A stretch of 64,000 nucleotides of DNA from a virus. Below are positions 1-10,239 of this stretch, one piece after another (positions within the stretch are counted from its first letter, which is position 1; the number at the start of each line of letters is the position of its first letter). Below the pieces are notes generated by a model. That model worked only from the letters and a program-made list of their open reading frames with translations. It did no database searches and was not told the origin of the DNA. The stretch spans positions 18,783-82,782 of IMG/VR virus record IMGVR_UViG_3300047548_001509; one strand, given 5' to 3'. The position numbers and the translations under genes were made by a program.

Positions 1-1
1 T

Positions 2-181
2 TATGTTGAGTCTCCAATGGCCCTTCAGCCTGTAGAATCTGAGGAAGAAGAAAAGAAAGGTAATGTTTCTAGATCCAAACTATCAGAATATGTCAATGCT
101 GAGATACATAAAGCATCAATGTTTGGAATGGATTATTGTGTTATGGTTCTTTCTGAACTTCAGAAGAAGTTTCGTCTTTAA
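2..181 (+). CDS. 3' end of hypothetical protein (runs off left edge)
   Basis: Open frame from position 2 (YVESPMALQPVESEEEEKK...KFRL) to TAA at 179-181. Confidence 0.6.
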   Translation, partial: YVESPMALQPVESEEEEKKGNVSRSKLSEYVNAEIHKASMFGMDYCVMVLSELQKKFRL

Positions 182-470
182 TAGAGCGAATAAGACCCGG
201 TAAATTTATTATGGTGTTAAAGATATTATCAACACCATAGCAAAATGCAGAAGAAATAAACGGCATCATTAAATGAAACCAAAGCTGTTTATCAAGGAAA
301 AATTGCCAAAACAAACCAACCCACCAACCTGAACACATTGCACAAGTTAGTAATTTTCGGAAGAAGTCGTATTCAAATAGCCTCTCCCTAATTGGCTCAA
401 GGATTGACCCGTATTTAATAATCCAGGTCAACCCCAAACAACCTAATAGTATTGCAAATAGATCAGCCAT
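141..470 (-). CDS. Small membrane protein, DUF1360-like
   Basis: Hydrophobic segments and LLTCAMCSGWWVG (CxxCxGxW) motif. Confidence 0.55.
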   Translation of the reverse strand: MADLFAILLGCLGLTWIIKYGSILEPIRERLFEYDFFRKLLTCAMCSGWWVGLFWQFFLDKQLWFHLMMPFISSAFCYGVDNIFNTIINLPGLIRSIKDETSSEVQKEP

Positions 471-699
471 TGATCAATACATCTCCGGGCATATAAACTT
501 TATTTTCAGCAACTTTTAATTGTTGTGATTTAAAGTGTGTATTTGCTCCTTCAACCATATCAAGTTCTTCTTTTGAGAGAATTACTTCTCCACCGAAATC
601 ATCAGTGATCTTAAATTTATTATCACCAATTTTTTCAACGACTGGGCAATTTTGTCCATTACAACATAGCTTTACTCTGTTTTTATCTAAGATTTTCAT
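463..699 (-). CDS. Hypothetical protein (CC-x4-CP motif)
   Basis: 78-aa ORF, preceded by TAAATA late-promoter core at 705-710 on minus strand. Confidence 0.6.
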   Translation of the reverse strand: MKILDKNRVKLCCNGQNCPVVEKIGDNKFKITDDFGGEVILSKEELDMVEGANTHFKSQQLKVAENKVYMPGDVLING

Positions 700-714
700 A
701 TTCTTATTTATGTA

Positions 715-2478
715 TTATTGTTGCTGTGGTTGTTCAACAGGTTCATTTTCTGTAGTTTGATCTTGTGGTTCTTCTCCGGTTTCAGCTGCTGTAATTACAC
801 CACCACCTCCGAAAGCTGGCGGGGCTGCGCTGCCAGCACCTCCGCCACCCATATCCATTCCACCTTCACCTGGTGCTGCACCAGCTTGCATTGCTTCTTG
901 CCAATTTGGACCCAATGCGGTAATCTGGCTAATCTCCCACTGAAACTCAGCATCTTTTCTAATATATTCCCTATTAGCTAGAATATCTAAGTCAGAAAAT
1001 CCGAGATATTTCTTTTGCGCAAACGTCTTTGATATCATTGGATCAGACGTTAAGTTAGTATAGTTTTGAGCTTTTAGTTCAAGCTTCTGATTTTCACGTA
1101 AATCATAAAAGTTTGTTGGTGGGTTAAACTCAATAACCATATTAGGTTCTATTAACTCATACTCACTCCAGAGATTTTTTAATTTGAGATGAGTTATAAA
1201 CCCCTTTTTAATTGCATTTGCAAATCTATTTTGATGTCTAATTACAAAACGTGCAAATTTTAACTCTTCACGAAGAATATCACCCCCATCACGGAATGCA
1301 TCCTGTGGGTCTAATCTTGTTGTTGGTATTTTTAATGATCTGTATAACTTCTTAATGAAGTGCATCAAATCATCAAGTTGACCTAAATTTTGACCACCTG
1401 GGAGGGTCGTGACATCTGTACCTTGTCCATTACGCTTTGTAAACCAATATGCATCAAGCATAGATTGGGGATTATACTTTTGAACAACGTCGTTCTGGTC
1501 TAAGTCAAAGGTCTTTGTTGACCAATATTGTTGTATTAACTTTCTTAAATGAGCTTCGGCTTTTGGTGGGGGTAAGTTACCGACATCAACGTTAAAAACA
1601 AGTCTCTCTGGTGCTCTCACAAGTCGATATATAACAATACTATCTTCAATAAGAGATAATTGTCTATATGGTCTGCGAGCGTTTTCTAAAATTGGGAGGA
1701 CGAATGTTTTTGATTCATCATATATACCACTATTGATATATACGCATTGGTTTTCTTGAAGTGGTATAAAATCAAACTTTTCAATTTTGTTTGGATTTTT
1801 TGGATCCATAATAGGCTTTCTATATAGAAAACCTTTCACTATTAAGTTCTGTAAATTATTATATACTGGATCAATTAGTTCCGTTGGTACGTTTACCAGA
1901 CCCAACACACCTTCATCCAAGTAATCTTTATGAATAATGTTTTCAAAAAATACCTCCCCTTCGGTTAGATATTGTCTTACATATTGCCACCCTTTTGATT
2001 GAAAATCAAAGTAGTCAACATACTTAACAAACTCCTTTTGTAAAACTGAATTTTGAACATCTGTTAACTTTATGTTTCTAAATTTTAGTTTACAAACGTC
2101 GCCATTATTATCAGGGTTGATAAATTCGTCACAAATCTCATCTAATGCATCAGCAACTTCACTAAATGCTGCCATTACTCTATAATCTCGTAATCTTGCT
2201 CCTTTATCTTGATTGATAGAAGCATACAATATATGTTGAAACGAATTATCTCTTTGTAATTCTACAATTGGTGAATTGTTATATTGGTTGCTTAGTGCAA
2301 CAGAATGTTTTGTTAGTACTTCAGCTCGTCTAACACCTGCTCCTTCAAACGTTTTATATTTTGGATTATGGTGAGCAGCTTTATCAACAGTCTGGAATGA
2401 ATTATATGGCAGCTTTTGTGAAACATAGTCCATCATGCTTCGACCAAAAGTTGAGCTCTTATCTTTTGTATTAGACAT
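715..2478 (-). CDS. gp20: T4-like portal protein gp20
   Basis: Motifs QLSLIEDSIVIYRLVRAPERLVFNVDVGNLPPPKAE, TTLPGGQNLG, ILREELKF. Confidence 0.95.
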   Translation of the reverse strand: MSNTKDKSSTFGRSMMDYVSQKLPYNSFQTVDKAAHHNPKYKTFEGAGVRRAEVLTKHSVALSNQYNNSPIVELQRDNSFQHILYASINQDKGARLRDYRVMAAFSEVADALDEICDEFINPDNNGDVCKLKFRNIKLTDVQNSVLQKEFVKYVDYFDFQSKGWQYVRQYLTEGEVFFENIIHKDYLDEGVLGLVNVPTELIDPVYNNLQNLIVKGFLYRKPIMDPKNPNKIEKFDFIPLQENQCVYINSGIYDESKTFVLPILENARRPYRQLSLIEDSIVIYRLVRAPERLVFNVDVGNLPPPKAEAHLRKLIQQYWSTKTFDLDQNDVVQKYNPQSMLDAYWFTKRNGQGTDVTTLPGGQNLGQLDDLMHFIKKLYRSLKIPTTRLDPQDAFRDGGDILREELKFARFVIRHQNRFANAIKKGFITHLKLKNLWSEYELIEPNMVIEFNPPTNFYDLRENQKLELKAQNYTNLTSDPMISKTFAQKKYLGFSDLDILANREYIRKDAEFQWEISQITALGPNWQEAMQAGAAPGEGGMDMGGGGAGSAAPPAFGGGGVITAAETGEEPQDQTTENEPVEQPQQQ

Positions 2479-2487
2479 TATTACACC

Positions 2488-2495
2488 TATTTATA
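2488..2495 (-). promoter_or_regulatory. T4-type late promoter TATAAATA upstream of portal
   Basis: Exact T4 late consensus on minus strand 9 nt before the ATG; gp55 is encoded in this window. Confidence 0.8.
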
Positions 2496-2497
2496 AT

Positions 2498-3631
2498 TTA
2501 TTCCACAAGATTAAAGTATATATCTTTATTGGTGCCTGTTGATTGCCAACTGACAAAGTTATGTAACACAAGATCATATAACCCTGGTACACAACCATTT
2601 GGTATATCTACAGTCATTATATTATCAGATAATACTGTATAGCTCGGAACAGGATAAGCACTGAGCGTCTGACCATATTCACTTGTTAGTTGCTGTTGTG
2701 TGGTGAATGTGTTTATTTGATTGGAGCTAAGTGCAACTGTATCTAATATATCAAAATTCTTACCATATAGTAATACATTTGTATTTGCACTACTTAATAC
2801 AATCGTTTGTGTATCAAATAACTCATATCTTAATCCCTGCTTTGCATAATAAACGTTTGTTATCTGTGGGAATGCTGATAGGGTCACACCGGGTGTGTCT
2901 CCTGGATAGCTACCAGAAAGAAGGGTAGATGACGTGTAATTAAACAGGTCATTTGGCATGTTTGTTGCTTCATAGAAGTCAGCATTAATAAAGTAAATGT
3001 TGCTTGTATCTTCTCCAAGATCTTTAAACAACCACGTCTTTATTGTAAATGTGGTGTCTGCAGATACTTTATATCTGTCGCTTGCAGTCAGATCAACAGG
3101 TTGATCCAATGCAATATTACCATTCCATAGTACCTCTGTTCGTAACTCTTCAGTATACTCTAATCCAGCTTCTGTTGGTACTTTCCAAGTTAGTATGATA
3201 TATGGATTAGAATAAACAACAAAGTTTGATAATATTTGATATATATCAAGCTCAAACTTTGTAATTATTGACATATTAACGTCAATATTAATTGGTACAG
3301 GCTGGGGTATCTTTTGAGTATTTTTTGTAGATAAATTCTTAACGGGATAATAACCCGTTAGCTTATTAAACACCCTATTTTCATCCCTAGTAATATTTGT
3401 AACAGTAAATGCAACAGCAGGTAATATTAATTCATGAGGTTCTTCAGATATGATATCATGCAGCACCCGACCTTTTGGGGCGTTTATATATCTTACTTTG
3501 ATTATATCTTGAGGTCTTTTATTGTTATTAAACCTCTTGACAACGACGTTATCAAACGCAGCAACAAACTGCTTTAAGATGTCTTGGATTTCATGATAAT
3601 AATTGTAGTTATCCACTACATTATTTATCAC
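2498..3631 (-). CDS. gp15: Tail sheath stabilizer/terminator gp15-like with C-terminal extension (true start possibly GTG at 3616)
   Basis: YYHEIQDILKQFVAAFDNVVVKR, LPAVAF, PQPVPINIDVNMSI resemble T4 gp15; TAAATA at 3622-3627 favours the internal start. Confidence 0.75.
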   Translation of the reverse strand: MINNVVDNYNYYHEIQDILKQFVAAFDNVVVKRFNNNKRPQDIIKVRYINAPKGRVLHDIISEEPHELILPAVAFTVTNITRDENRVFNKLTGYYPVKNLSTKNTQKIPQPVPINIDVNMSIITKFELDIYQILSNFVVYSNPYIILTWKVPTEAGLEYTEELRTEVLWNGNIALDQPVDLTASDRYKVSADTTFTIKTWLFKDLGEDTSNIYFINADFYEATNMPNDLFNYTSSTLLSGSYPGDTPGVTLSAFPQITNVYYAKQGLRYELFDTQTIVLSSANTNVLLYGKNFDILDTVALSSNQINTFTTQQQLTSEYGQTLSAYPVPSYTVLSDNIMTVDIPNGCVPGLYDLVLHNFVSWQSTGTNKDIYFNLVE

Positions 3632-5250
3632 ACAAAGCGATCAATGAAGTACTTTGGTAAAATGGATTTGTTATCAAGAATTTCTTCTGATATTTTACCA
3701 TCTAAAATATACGTAATACACTTATCATCTTTTGATCGAACACCTCGGCCACACGCTTGTATTAATTGTGATAACATTTTATTGGTATACCACTTTTGAT
3801 CCATTTCAGTTAGCTTTTTAACTCGCTGATTTAGTAATGGTGGGTATGGAGCTTTAACAATAATTTGGAATCTAGCAAGATCATCTTTTAAGTCAACACC
3901 AAAAGTCATTGATGGTGAGACAATAATTGAATCATCATCTGTGTTTAGATGTTGATATAAAATTTGTTCGTTATTTGTACCTGCTTCTCTAAAAATATAC
4001 CGCCCATATCGAAGCTTATTTTTTAGAAACATTGTGATCTCATTTGTGTGGGTATGAATAATACCTTTTTGACCTTTATGAGAATCACAAATTTGCTGAA
4101 CCATATCTGCAATTGAAGGCAATGCTTTTTGAAGTGTGTACCTACTCAATTTAAACTTATTAGAGCAAAATATAGGCCCATTTTTTGGATCAAATGTTGA
4201 CCCTACTTCAATATACCCATAGTCTTCAATACCAAGTGTTTTAGCAAAATTCTTGTGATCAATAATAGTTGCTGATAACAGTATAATTCTATCACCATAA
4301 TCAAATAGATATTTTGACAGTTTATCAACCTTCAACGGATAAAATTTGATGGTATCTTTATCAACATCAAAAAGGTACTCACAATCACTCCAAGTATCTA
4401 AAACAATTCTAAGTTTATGCAAAACGTTTGAGAGATATACAACTCTTAGCTTGAGTGTATTCTCTCTCGATTTCGATGCAGATCGCTTAAGTTCTTCTTT
4501 AAATTTATCAATGTTGCTAGCAATCTGGCCACTAACATTATTAATCCAACCGGGTATCTTACCAACATCGTCATTAAATTGTGGTATCTTTATCTCAGAA
4601 GCTCTCAATACTTTAAGATTGAGATCGCATGTAAACTGCTTCACCAATACATCTTCAAGTTCAGAAGCTTCATCACATACAATATACTTTCGTCTCTTAA
4701 CAATATCTGGAAGACTAAAGAACATATTGTAGTTCAGAGCTGCTAACGTAGATGTAACAGCTCTATTACGTTGTGAGTAGTATGGACATGAATTATTCTT
4801 CCAGCATTCCTGCTTAATAGATTTAACATGCACACACGGAGCTGTCTCTACAGAGAAGTTAGGATCAACCTCACATGTATAATTTGACTTACCTTTAAGG
4901 TCTTCACACTCTTTAAATAGTTCAGTATATTGATCCTGCAGAGTTTTTGTAATTGTTAATGCATAACAACCAAAAGACTTTTGCCCATTTACTTCATCTT
5001 CATTACTGTATCCACCCATTCCATCTGATTTGTATACAGCGTATGAATCAACAAGATCTTTAAAAATTGCAGAACATTTACCTGCTTCGTTAGCAAGTGT
5101 TGCTGGTATGAATGACTTTCCTGAACCGGTCGGTGCACTTATAATAACGAATTTTTTACCCTCTTTAAAATAATTCTCAGCTGATTTGAGAATATCAACT
5201 TGCTGTTTGAGAGGAGTAAAAGTCTTTGGAAAGTAATCAATATAATTCAC
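3628..5250 (-). CDS. DinG/XPD-family SF2 helicase
   Basis: APTGSGKS Walker A, Fe-S-type Cys cluster (C..CPYY), DEAS Walker B variant, LSAT, QACGRGVRS. Confidence 0.85.
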   Translation of the reverse strand: MNYIDYFPKTFTPLKQQVDILKSAENYFKEGKKFVIISAPTGSGKSFIPATLANEAGKCSAIFKDLVDSYAVYKSDGMGGYSNEDEVNGQKSFGCYALTITKTLQDQYTELFKECEDLKGKSNYTCEVDPNFSVETAPCVHVKSIKQECWKNNSCPYYSQRNRAVTSTLAALNYNMFFSLPDIVKRRKYIVCDEASELEDVLVKQFTCDLNLKVLRASEIKIPQFNDDVGKIPGWINNVSGQIASNIDKFKEELKRSASKSRENTLKLRVVYLSNVLHKLRIVLDTWSDCEYLFDVDKDTIKFYPLKVDKLSKYLFDYGDRIILLSATIIDHKNFAKTLGIEDYGYIEVGSTFDPKNGPIFCSNKFKLSRYTLQKALPSIADMVQQICDSHKGQKGIIHTHTNEITMFLKNKLRYGRYIFREAGTNNEQILYQHLNTDDDSIIVSPSMTFGVDLKDDLARFQIIVKAPYPPLLNQRVKKLTEMDQKWYTNKMLSQLIQACGRGVRSKDDKCITYILDGKISEEILDNKSILPKYFIDRFV

Positions 5251-5273
5251 AATTCAAATTATATCTTAAGAAA

Positions 5274-5615
5274 TTAGGATTTCAAGATCTCAATTGTTGA
5301 ATTATAAAATTTCAATGGTTTATTTGTAATTTTGAAATTTTTTAGCATTGAAAATATAGGTTTTGATCCATGTGATAGAGACTCAATGGTGTAATCTAAC
5401 ACACATCGATCTGCTTGCTTTAATAGCTTATATGGGTATGGGAGTTCAAACACCTTAATAACCCCATCTATTTCTATATTAAGCTTTATAAAGAATTGTT
5501 TGATATTAACAAGTTTGAGGCGTCCTTGTTTTACAACTTTGTTATCAACTTTTATAATAATATCTTTGAGTAAGAAATCCATCAAAAGATTTTCAATGTT
5601 CTCTTTTTGTTTCAT
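5274..5615 (-). CDS. Hypothetical protein
   Basis: 113-aa ORF coupled to neighbours. Confidence 0.6.
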   Translation of the reverse strand: MKQKENIENLLMDFLLKDIIIKVDNKVVKQGRLKLVNIKQFFIKLNIEIDGVIKVFELPYPYKLLKQADRCVLDYTIESLSHGSKPIFSMLKNFKITNKPLKFYNSTIEILKS

Positions 5616-5986
5616 GAGTCCATATAACTTGTTTTATCTCTTTGAGACATTAACCTATATTGCTTATTAAACTTCTCCCAGAATTGCTCTGGATCTAATG
5701 CTTCAATAACCGTACAAGATTCAACTGGGATATTTCTATAATCTTGCATAAAAATATCCCACACCCCAACAAGATTTTCATATAGGGGGTTATATTTTGG
5801 CTGCTGCGTAGGCGGTTTATAGTTCAATATCAACCGCCCATTATTAGAGTTCAAAATTTCAAGAGATTTTGTACATAACATCCTCCTTGTAGAAGGGTGG
5901 TTATCTTTTAGAAGTCGTCTTGTAAATCGTACATCTAAAACCTTTTCTCTTAAAAGTTGATCCAATTGAGATTTTAACATTATCAA
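5612..5986 (-). CDS. SH3/WYL-like small phage protein (DUF2693-like)
   Basis: VRFTRR...RRMLCT...VWDI...YRNI pattern. Confidence 0.5.
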   Translation of the reverse strand: MIMLKSQLDQLLREKVLDVRFTRRLLKDNHPSTRRMLCTKSLEILNSNNGRLILNYKPPTQQPKYNPLYENLVGVWDIFMQDYRNIPVESCTVIEALDPEQFWEKFNKQYRLMSQRDKTSYMDS

Positions 5987-6378
5987 TTAACTTTTGTGCA
6001 TACACCAAACAAACGTTGCTCGTTTAAGAATTTACCATTCTTCACAATACCGTAATCTGCAATAGCTGCGTTTGTTAATGCAATTCCCCTGTCGTGTGGG
6101 AACATTACAACATCACCAACTTTACAGTGCTTTACGTCTGGACCTGCAAGAATTACTTTTCCTCGTCGCCAAAGAGATCGGGTTGCTGCAACAGGAACGA
6201 AAAGAGAACCCCTTTTAACCATATCTCCAGTTTCGTCTGTATCATTATATTCAACAAGAACAATGTCACCAAAAACTTTTGATAAAATGTATTCATTATC
6301 AAATGAAAATTCTGCATTATCATAACGTTCAATATCAAGTCCAACAGTTACTGGACCAAGCATGTCAATATCAGCCAT
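5983..6378 (-). CDS. GroES-like co-chaperonin (gp31-like)
   Basis: GDIVLVE...GKVILAGPDV..CKVGDVVMF...FLNEQRLFG matches the Cpn10 pattern. Confidence 0.8.
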   Translation of the reverse strand: MADIDMLGPVTVGLDIERYDNAEFSFDNEYILSKVFGDIVLVEYNDTDETGDMVKRGSLFVPVAATRSLWRRGKVILAGPDVKHCKVGDVVMFPHDRGIALTNAAIADYGIVKNGKFLNEQRLFGVCTKVN

Positions 6379-6383
6379 ATTGT

Positions 6384-6758
6384 TTAGTTATATTGTTTAA
6401 AATATTGTTCAACCTCTCTCTTAGAGATTTCTCGAGCTTTTGCAATTAACCCAATATTTTTTTCTTGCTCCTCTTGCTCTTTATTGGGCTTTTCTTTCTT
6501 CACCTTTTTAACATAATTGATTTTTTTGAATCTACAACTTGGTATAATATTCATTAAAAATGACAGTTGATCATCTTTTGAGTCAAAAGCCTGACCGTAT
6601 TTATTGGTTGTATCATCAATAAGATTGTTAATACCCGGTGAGTACATTGAGCACCATCTATTGATCATATATAGATTGAAGATATTTTCATCATCAACAT
6701 TTATACTAAGGGGCTTCTTTGTATAGAGAAGTGAATTAAGAATAGAGAATATAGTCAT
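6384..6758 (-). CDS. gp62: Clamp loader small subunit gp62-like
   Basis: FNLYMINRWCSM...IP..RF...YVKK...ISKREVEQY pattern. Confidence 0.6.
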   Translation of the reverse strand: MTIFSILNSLLYTKKPLSINVDDENIFNLYMINRWCSMYSPGINNLIDDTTNKYGQAFDSKDDQLSFLMNIIPSCRFKKINYVKKVKKEKPNKEQEEQEKNIGLIAKAREISKREVEQYFKQYN

Positions 6759-7339
6759 TAAAGAGAAATTTTTGTAGTTGCTTTAAAAATATCTGCAACC
6801 ATTTCGTCAAATAAACCACAAACATCATTCATAAAAGACAACACCTTATCATTTGCCATCTTAGTTGAATATGCAAAACCAGGAGCTGTTAGACCGGCAT
6901 CAATATTAATGCCAAGATGACCTATTGCTACATTGTCTTTGGAGTACGTTATAGATACCGAACACTTACCAACATCATATTCTTTTCCGTCTGAACCAAC
7001 AAACTTATCAACAACCATAATATCATCACCTTTCACAGATATAGGTTTTTGAATATATTGGAAGATAATATTAGCAACATTGGTATTGAATAGTCTTTGA
7101 AAAGCAACAGCACCTAATGGACACATATTTGGAATTTCCCAACAGAAGTTAATAGCATCGTCACTTGCAATAAAATCATTTGTTAGGGCGTCTTCAAGGT
7201 CGATAAGATTATCAGATACATTCATTGGGCTTCTAAATGCGACAATATTACCATATGGACTAACATTTTCACGGAAATATTTGTAAGCAAATCTTGATTT
7301 TAAGAATGAACCGTTGTAATCTTTTTGTTTGATTATCAT
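6758..7339 (-). CDS. DUF366-family protein (biotin/lipoate ligase-like fold)
   Basis: YNGSFL..RFAY, IVAFRSPMNV, AVAFQRLF, GDDIMV, KCSVSIT, GHLGINI. Confidence 0.7.
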   Translation of the reverse strand: MIIKQKDYNGSFLKSRFAYKYFRENVSPYGNIVAFRSPMNVSDNLIDLEDALTNDFIASDDAINFCWEIPNMCPLGAVAFQRLFNTNVANIIFQYIQKPISVKGDDIMVVDKFVGSDGKEYDVGKCSVSITYSKDNVAIGHLGINIDAGLTAPGFAYSTKMANDKVLSFMNDVCGLFDEMVADIFKATTKISL

Positions 7340-7364
7340 ATCTAATTATATAATGTTTTGAATT

Positions 7365-8165
7365 TTAATCAATACTGTAATTAAAAAGTTCTTCAATTTG
7401 CTGCTTATATGGTTTTATTATTCTTGTCCCATAATGTATAGATTGTAAAGCTCTATTAATCGGTTGCTCTGATTCAACGGGTATAACTTCATTGTTTAGT
7501 TTATATACATCATTTATTATTTTAACCAGACTGTACTTTGTTATATGTTGAGATGTATAATAATGCTTTACTCCGTTCCAAAGGATTCCCTTATTAATAA
7601 TTTTATCTATCTCTCTACATAACTCCAAACAAGTAACCCCGTTCCATATATGATTAATATATCCATTTATAGATGAATTTTTATTGGACTTTACCCACTC
7701 AATTAGAGAGAGTTTACCTTTATTTTCTTCTCCAATTATGGAAGTTCGTATAATTGTAAGGTTTGTATATTCTCCATTATACTTAGTGATTCCATACACA
7801 TCTTTTGCATTTGCAATACTTAGTTCATTATACCAACCGGACTGACCATCAAAAACACAATCGGTTGTGATATGAATTATATTACAATCAAACATCTGCT
7901 TTAGTATAGACAAATGAAGGGGTATTACTGAATTAAGATTAATACTCTCTGTTATGGAATAATCCTTTTGTTTAATTGCGCCTATGCAGTTTATTATGAC
8001 ATCTTTTACAGAGACTTTATCTTTAAGAAAATCTATAATAGACACAGATGTTGCTTGATCTCCATAATCAGCTCTTGTTAGTGGAATAACATCATATTTA
8101 CTTTTTAGAAATTTTGATGCATAAGTGCCAAGCATTCCATTCGCACCTAAAATAAAAACTTTCAT
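7365..8165 (-). CDS. rmlD: dTDP-4-dehydrorhamnose reductase-like SDR
   Basis: GANGMLG Rossmann motif, HITTDCVFDG, YGITK (YxxxK), RTSIIG. Confidence 0.85.
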   Translation of the reverse strand: MKVFILGANGMLGTYASKFLKSKYDVIPLTRADYGDQATSVSIIDFLKDKVSVKDVIINCIGAIKQKDYSITESINLNSVIPLHLSILKQMFDCNIIHITTDCVFDGQSGWYNELSIANAKDVYGITKYNGEYTNLTIIRTSIIGEENKGKLSLIEWVKSNKNSSINGYINHIWNGVTCLELCREIDKIINKGILWNGVKHYYTSQHITKYSLVKIINDVYKLNNEVIPVESEQPINRALQSIHYGTRIIKPYKQQIEELFNYSID

Positions 8166-8716
8166 ATGTATATTATTTGTTTGTTTCTTTTTATTTTTTT
8201 TACCATCGTCACTCCCGGATTAAAAGGAAGGGTGAGTATTTCAAAATCATCAATGAAATATGTTTTTATGTGTAATGCAGTTTTATATACATCATTACAC
8301 ATTCCAGGGTCGAACATTTTTGAATCATGAGGGTATGTATCATGTAAAAAAATAAACCCATCTTCTATTACTCTATCTTTAACATTGTTGAAATCTATTA
8401 ACGACTGTTCATAAGAATGGTCAGCATCAATAAAAACTACATCAAATACTGTAATAGGATCTAGTTTACTAAAATATTCATCAGTTGTCATTTGGTGGTA
8501 TTCCATATTAGACTTCATCGGTCTCTTAGGGGGTATGATATCCACACCTATAGCTCTCTTGCAATGCTTTGCACATACTTCAAAATTTACCCCTTCTCTA
8601 ACACCTAATTCAATATAACATTCAGGCTTTATCCAACTCAACATCATATCAAAAAAATTAATATGATCGAAAGTTTCAACTGGCGGCGGTAGATTACGTA
8701 AGTGTATTGGAGTCAT
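8162..8716 (-). CDS. Class I SAM methyltransferase (Methyltransf_24-like)
   Basis: YIELGV, FDVVFIDADHSYE, GFIFLHDT. Confidence 0.85.
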   Translation of the reverse strand: MTPIHLRNLPPPVETFDHINFFDMMLSWIKPECYIELGVREGVNFEVCAKHCKRAIGVDIIPPKRPMKSNMEYHQMTTDEYFSKLDPITVFDVVFIDADHSYEQSLIDFNNVKDRVIEDGFIFLHDTYPHDSKMFDPGMCNDVYKTALHIKTYFIDDFEILTLPFNPGVTMVKKIKRNKQIIYI

Positions 8717-9449
8717 ATTCTGGCTTTGGGGTATAATTTTTTGTAAATATAGTTGTTATAGCTCTCTCAATCATGTGAGCTTCAGCATTTAATACGTTCC
8801 ATGATAATATATGTCTTATTTTTTCATAGAACTGCTTTGTATACCTAAGAATTAAATGCTTAGGTATGATATAGCAACCGCCAGGAGAGAATTGAAGATA
8901 TTGTTCTATAGGTGGGTCAATGTACATATCATTAAAAAAATCATTTATATTTGTATAATACTTTGATGGTTGTAAACCAAAATACCAACTATTATTAAGT
9001 TCTAAGTACTCACCATTAGGTCCTTTTTTGTTATCATAACCAGAAAATCTCCAATCTTCTTTGAAAAAATCATTAAGCTCTGTAAATGTTGTATTGTTGC
9101 AATTTTCCTTGAAAAATTCTTCAGTGCAATTTCCATTAGATAGTCTGTTGCCTTTATTATCATATCTAGGGGTACCTGTATCTTTTGGGAAAAGAAACGC
9201 TGCTCTACAGAAGATCATACAATCTGGAAGATTATTGTATCTTGTAACAATAAAATCAAATATGTCGTATATATTTTGACCGACATTGTTTTGGTGTATT
9301 ACCTTATCTGTCTGTCTAAACCTATGTGCTCTATCATAGATTAAGTAATTATCTGTTGATCTACAAACCCATGAATTTTCTAAGTCTTCGTCCAACCAGT
9401 TGTAATCACTAACAACGAGAAAATTTTTTTCAATATTAAAATTTATCAT
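8694..9449 (-). CDS. DUF3431-like putative glycosyltransferase
   Basis: NVGQNIY..FDFIV..YNNLPD.MIF, FSPGGCYIIPK..I, EAHMIER. Confidence 0.6.
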   Translation of the reverse strand: MINFNIEKNFLVVSDYNWLDEDLENSWVCRSTDNYLIYDRAHRFRQTDKVIHQNNVGQNIYDIFDFIVTRYNNLPDCMIFCRAAFLFPKDTGTPRYDNKGNRLSNGNCTEEFFKENCNNTTFTELNDFFKEDWRFSGYDNKKGPNGEYLELNNSWYFGLQPSKYYTNINDFFNDMYIDPPIEQYLQFSPGGCYIIPKHLILRYTKQFYEKIRHILSWNVLNAEAHMIERAITTIFTKNYTPKPEYDSNTLT

Positions 9450-10239
9450 AAAACAAATTAATCCACTTCTGTTTATTGTCTTTAAGATATTGAGGCAATC
9501 TACTAAAATCTGTAGATATTACATCACTACTATTAATTTCTATATGATTCTTAGCTCGATTAAATCTTCCAATATTATCTGGATGGCTATCTCCCCATTT
9601 ATCTGCATGTTTAATAAGCCAAGAAAAATGCCATCCAGCTGGCTCAGACTCACCTAGCATTGCAATGCTAGGGCATTCTCTTTCTGTTCTAAAGTGATTT
9701 GGACCAAATTGATTTAAAATTTTAAATTGCCCTATTCTTGTACCGGTCCAATCACTAAAATGTTGAGTTGTTGGAACATCTACCCATAATGCTCTGCCTT
9801 CAAGGATTGGCTTATATACCTTTCCATTAAAATCTAACCCCTCAAAAGATATTTTTGGGTTCCATATTTCATCTACATCTGACACACATATAATATCGTC
9901 ATCATTACAAATAGGTAGTAATGGAATTATAAGTTCTTCTTTTTGATAAAATTCTCTTACCCAGTAGTGTTCTTTATTTGGTCCAGTATTAGGACTAGCT
10001 AAAGCTTTTTGGTATATATGTTCATTTGTATGAAAATCTGTAGTTATATAATGTATAATTTTATCTTCCCACTCTTTAAACCTGTCTCTATTTTCGTTAA
10101 AGAATAATGGTTTTTCTTTACCATTAAAGGTTTGATTAGACTCTACAACTATAAATCTATCAACAACGGGGCTTAATATGTTAAATCTTATTTCAAGTAA
10201 ATCTAACTCATCAAAAAAATTGAAACAATCGTATATCAT
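9436..10239 (-). CDS. GT17-like N-acetylglucosaminyltransferase
   Basis: IYDCFNFFDELDLLEIR, VVESNQTFNG..KPL, SDVDEI, GWHFSW. Confidence 0.85.
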   Translation of the reverse strand: MIYDCFNFFDELDLLEIRFNILSPVVDRFIVVESNQTFNGKEKPLFFNENRDRFKEWEDKIIHYITTDFHTNEHIYQKALASPNTGPNKEHYWVREFYQKEELIIPLLPICNDDDIICVSDVDEIWNPKISFEGLDFNGKVYKPILEGRALWVDVPTTQHFSDWTGTRIGQFKILNQFGPNHFRTERECPSIAMLGESEPAGWHFSWLIKHADKWGDSHPDNIGRFNRAKNHIEINSSDVISTDFSRLPQYLKDNKQKWINLFYDKF

